Source of the DNA: Octopus sinensis
Taxonomy: Eukaryota
NCBI RefSeq assembly: GCF_006345805.1
Contig: NC_043000.1
Span: 90,334,001-90,398,000, forward strand
Reading direction: 5' to 3'
Length of the DNA: 64,000 nt
Under the pieces are notes generated by a model. The model had not been told where the DNA came from, did no database searches, and was given only the letters and a program-made list of their open reading frames with translations. The translations under genes and the position numbers were made by a program. Below are positions 60,201 to 64,000 of the stretch, piece by piece. Positions within the stretch are counted from its first letter, which is position 1. Each line of letters begins with the position of its first letter.

Positions 60201-61841
60201 GTCAGAACTCTGGGGCGGGCAGCCTGCACGATCGTTTGCACCAATGAGCATACCCTCAACCGTTTTTCTTTTCTAACAAATGCGGTGTTCAGTAGTAAGT
60301 GTAGTGACTCTGGAATATGGTTAGTAGCTTCTAAAAAAAACACTCATAAAAAGACTAGTTGAGTAAGTGTCCTTCAGTTGTACAACTGACTTAACATCAC
60401 TTCTAATGAGGTTGGCCGTAGTTTCTATCAGTCTCAACTTCTCCGCTTCTGGGCCACTATCCTTGGGCTGTTTATAGAAGTCGTTCAGGATCACAGAAGC
60501 TGTACCTCGGAATGTCACAATATTTTGAAATACATTGATTTTAGTTATTATTATTCTCTCTCCAAAATGATCAAGAAGTTTCTCTTTCATGTGAGTAAAA
60601 CCATAAGATTCCAGATTGATGTCTTCCAGGAACTCCTTCATTTTGTTAATGAGAGCAGTAATCGTCATCTGTTCCTCATCGTTCTCCTTCAGGAAAGCCG
60701 TCATCGTTTAAAAAAGCATCTGCCGTAACTATATCCGATGGTCACCCTACTTTCCGATTTTTTGACAGGCTCTCAACATCAACGAACTGAGGAACATCTT
60801 TTCCTGTTCAGAAGGTCACACTTCAGGCTTGGTGGTATACAGCATCAGCTGCTTGGAGGCCTTGTGCAAACAACACCCTGCCTTTTACCTTCTCTGCCTA
60901 GTCATTCTTACGGTCATCATGAATCTTAATAATAGACCTGTCAAAACCTAATGTGAAAACAGGAATTAAGTCAAATCATTCCCCCCCCCCGCCATATTTG
61001 TTATCTGATCCACAGACCAAATAGTGGTCCTTGTATAAAAATTATTCTTTGCAGCGATGAGTGAGCATTGTTTCACTGTCTGAAGAACGTTTCCACTTGA
61101 ACCGTTCTATTTCACTTGGATGACAAAATTTCTTTTTTACTTTCTCTGTGAACAACTTTACGTGGTTTCACCACAATACTGAATTCATGTTGAAGACTTT
61201 GCTTTTGCTATGCCTTCATAACCTCTATCAGCCAGAGTGACTGCTGCTCCATCTACCAGTTTCTTGTTACAAAATACGCTGTCTGCCATGATGAGCCTGA
61301 AAAGAAAATGGTTGAATATTAATATAGGCCTAAAGACAGACGTTATGAGAAAACCTACATGTAGTTATAAATATTACTACTTATACTGATGTTATACAAG
61401 CAGCACAGACATCCCAACTTTAGAATCCAATACTTGGACATGCTATATCATACACACTTCTTATACCAATCGTATAGCAGATATAATGTCGGTTAAGGGT
61501 TAAGGTGGGGTGAATCTACTTCTGGTAAAGGTATAGAGCAGTCTCGAATCTCTTGGCAGACATTTCCGTGTGAAAGATATACCAGAAAAAAACATAGGCT
61601 AGAAACCCAAAACTGTCTTGATAGCTTCACAAGAAGAGTTGCTGTGCCTATCTGTACCATGGTCGTCTAATCCTGAAATCCAAAAGTTCACCCCTGAAAA
61701 AACATGTTGTTCCACTCAAAAAATTTTGTGAGATTTTTAGTATATCATGAAGGATACCCTACTGAACAAATTCTAACAGGTTTTGTTTCTGTTGCAATTA
61801 GTGGCGGGTTCTGGGGAATAACAGTTAATTTGACTGGATTA
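57285..61841 (-). mobile_element. Academ-like DNA transposon with both TIRs, decayed ORF (about 57830-61289)
   Basis: Degenerate ~130-bp inverted termini (tagtccag...ccactaattgcaacagaaa... / ...tttctgttgcaattagtgg...ctggatta) with ata flanks. Minus-strand remnants VRRIDRFWVGLPRDLVIEQVLMRSLKTSGGFTRGRGM, VLDGSILLHRIPW, GDADTLIV, FLRCDTTS..IGK (XPG/PIN-like) and a Cys-rich tail CRTLRCSCRRHGLPCSIAC match Academ transposases as I recall them. Confidence 0.8.
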
Positions 61842-61887
61842 ATATATATATTTATACACACACACACGCACACACACACACACACAT

Positions 61888-61964
<77 letters not shown>

Positions 61965-62189
61965 TAATATAAACAGCAGTTTGCAGTGTTTACCAAAAAA
62001 GGAGAATTATAATTGTTGCTAAATGTGACTAGGGTGTTTGGAAACACCTACATTGCTAGAAATAAGAGCTAAACCGCTCTAATGCTGTAGTTAACACACA
62101 GACACACACGCGCGCGTGTGTGTGTTTGTCACCCCCCCCTATCGCTTGACAACCAGTGTTGATGTGTTTACGTCCCCGTAACTTAGCTG

Positions 62190-62335
62190 TTCACAAAAAA
62201 AGAAAAACAAAAGACGAAGACAGGTGGTGTAGACAACAAACAGATGTATTAGTTTAATGCTCGGAAAGTGAAAAAGTCTTTAACGTTTCGAGCCTACGCT
62301 CTTCCACAGAAAGGAACACAGAAAGAAGCAAACTC
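62190..62335 (-). mobile_element. Penelope-type terminal-repeat fragment (second copy)
   Basis: Homologous to about 44945-45075. Confidence 0.65.
62278..62313 (-). ncRNA. Minimal type-I hammerhead-like motif with A6U core (CUGUGGA), GUU triplet
   Basis: cttt-CTGTGGA-A-GAGC gtag GCTC-GAAA-CG-TT-aaag. Confidence 0.65.
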
Positions 62336-62454
62336 AATCTAAGAAGACTTTGTTTGGCTCGAGGCTATAGCAGAAGACCTTTGCCCAAAGTGAACCGGGA
62401 GTCATGTGGTTGTGAAACAATTTTCTGATCGCACAAACACACCTGTACCTGTGG

Positions 62455-62534
<80 letters not shown>

Positions 62535-62719
62535 CGTGTGTGTGTGTGTGTATGAATGTGTTCGTTACTATGTAAAGTTATATAAAAAACAATTTGACAT
62601 TAAACGGAAGAATTACTCAGTACTTTTGGTAGAGTACATAGTTATTAAAGTTTTGCAAGTAAAAGCTTGACAGTGACTTCTAAGTTTCGGTTGTGCTCAC
62701 CTTCGTCAGACACACGCGC

Positions 62720-63075
62720 GTGTATATGTATGTGCATGTATGTATGTATGTATGTATGTATGTATGTATGTGCATGTATGTATGTATGTATGTATGTATG
62801 TATGTATGTATGTATGTATGTATGTATGTATATAGTGAGAAAATAGGTCATTAGATATGAGAGAGAGAAAGAGAGAGAGAAGGAGAGAGTGATAGAAAGA
62901 GAGAAAGAGAGAAAGAAAATGTGATTGTGATAGACAGACACATACACGGATAGAGAGATAGACAAAGACACAGAAAGACAAATAGATAGATAGATGGAGA
63001 TAGATAGATATGTAGATAGATAGATGGAGATAGATAGATATGTAGATAGATAGATAGAGAGAGAGAGAGGGAAAG
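62720..63075. repeat. (TATG)n, (GA)n and (GATA)n microsatellite block
   Basis: Seen directly. Confidence 0.9.
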
Positions 63076-63149
63076 AGAGAGGGAGGGAGAGAGGGGGAGG
63101 GTCTGAGTTCTATAGTTGTGAATAAGAAAATTGAATAAAAATTAGATCT

Positions 63150-63480
63150 GAATAGGAGCACTCCGTGGGTTACGACGACGAGGGTCCCAACTGATACGAT
63201 CAACGGAACAGCTTGCTCATGAAATTAACGTGCAAGTGACTGAGCAATCCACAGACACGTGTATCCCTAAAATAGTTCTCAGGGAGATTCAGCGTGACAC
63301 ACAGTGTGACAAGGCCGGCCCTTTGAAATGCAGGTACAACTCATTTTTGCCAGCTGAGTGGACTAGAGCAACGTGAAATAAAGTGTCTTGCTCAAGGACA
63401 CAACACGTCGCCGGGAATTGAACTCACGACCTTACAATCGTGAGTCGAATGCCCTAACCACTAAGCCACGCGCCTTCACA
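63150..63480 (-). mobile_element. SINE family C (tail type 2), full length
   Basis: Head gaaggcgcgTGGCTTAGTGGttaggg (A box), GAGTTCAATTCC (B box), tgtccttgagcaagacact core. Confidence 0.87.
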
Positions 63481-63814
63481 GAGATCTGAATAAGATAAAA
63501 AGAAGATGGAAAAACAAGGTCATTGTTCGGAGAGAGTTAATGCATAAAAGTCTTGAGATAAGTCAATTGGAAGGTTATCACCTTGAATAACAAAACAGTG
63601 ACAGTAAACGTAGACACTTCGTGCTTGTGTATAAATATTTTTATGTGTATTTTAAAAGATTCCCGTGAATTTATCGGTTCTTTAATATTTCCGTTGCAAG
63701 GTTACTGTGAAAGTTGTAATCGTGTTAGTTAAGTAAGAAAGCCAAAAAGAGATTACTGTAATAATGGTGCGGTAATAATGGTGCTTTAGAAGTGGTGAAT
63801 AAATATTTGTAACC

Positions 63815-63955
63815 ACTTCCCAACCACATGGTTCCTGGCTCAGTTTCCCGTTGCTGTTATACCTTGGAAAATGTCTTCTACTGTAGTCTCGGGCCGACGA
63901 AAGCCTTGTGCGTGGGTGTGGTTAATGGAAACTGAAAGAAGTTCGTCGTATAGAC
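63815..63955 (+). mobile_element. SINE family A, degenerate 5' half
   Basis: cttcccaaccacatggttcc...ggaaactgaaagaag. Confidence 0.65.
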
Positions 63956-64000
63956 ATACATACATAAATACATACGTACATACATACATACATACATACA

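Noticed and set aside
58539-60929. Plus-strand ORFs within the Academ-like element
   Set aside because: They are antisense shadows of the decayed minus-strand transposase.

Overview
AT-rich, microsatellite- and repeat-dense animal DNA. The SINE/LINE families and repeat texture suggest an octopus (cephalopod) genome; this is inference, not a database result. Two convergent protein-coding genes were reconstructed by hand from splice sites and reading phase. (1) On +, the last three coding exons of a multi-C2H2 zinc-finger gene whose terminal fingers match ZNF236 (1746-5313). (2) On -, a complete 10-exon SLC22/organic-cation-transporter-like MFS gene (53331-8237; 2907 nt CDS, 968 aa) whose exon 5 is 1458 nt and expands the TM6-TM7 cytoplasmic loop by roughly 400 residues. 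Its ~14.8 kb first coding intron holds a 7-unit, 542-bp tandem array of tRNA-Leu(CAG) genes on the same strand, a cluster of (TAA)n-embedded REL-endonuclease LINE 3' ends, a ~560-bp non-coding (TAA)n-embedded element and a Merlin-like MITE. Other mobile DNA: a Penelope-like RT/GIY-YIG remnant, an intron-containing Tc1 (DD34E), a mariner 3' end, a DD37D (maT) remnant, a TIR-bounded Academ-like element, hAT and piggyBac-like MITEs, and three tRNA-derived SINE families. Six hammerhead-ribozyme-like motifs of Penelope type were found by eye; each has a core deviation, and two share the same A6U change. Most ORFs in the supplied track are microsatellite or repeat artefacts. Repeat boundaries are approximate unless TSDs or TIRs are quoted.
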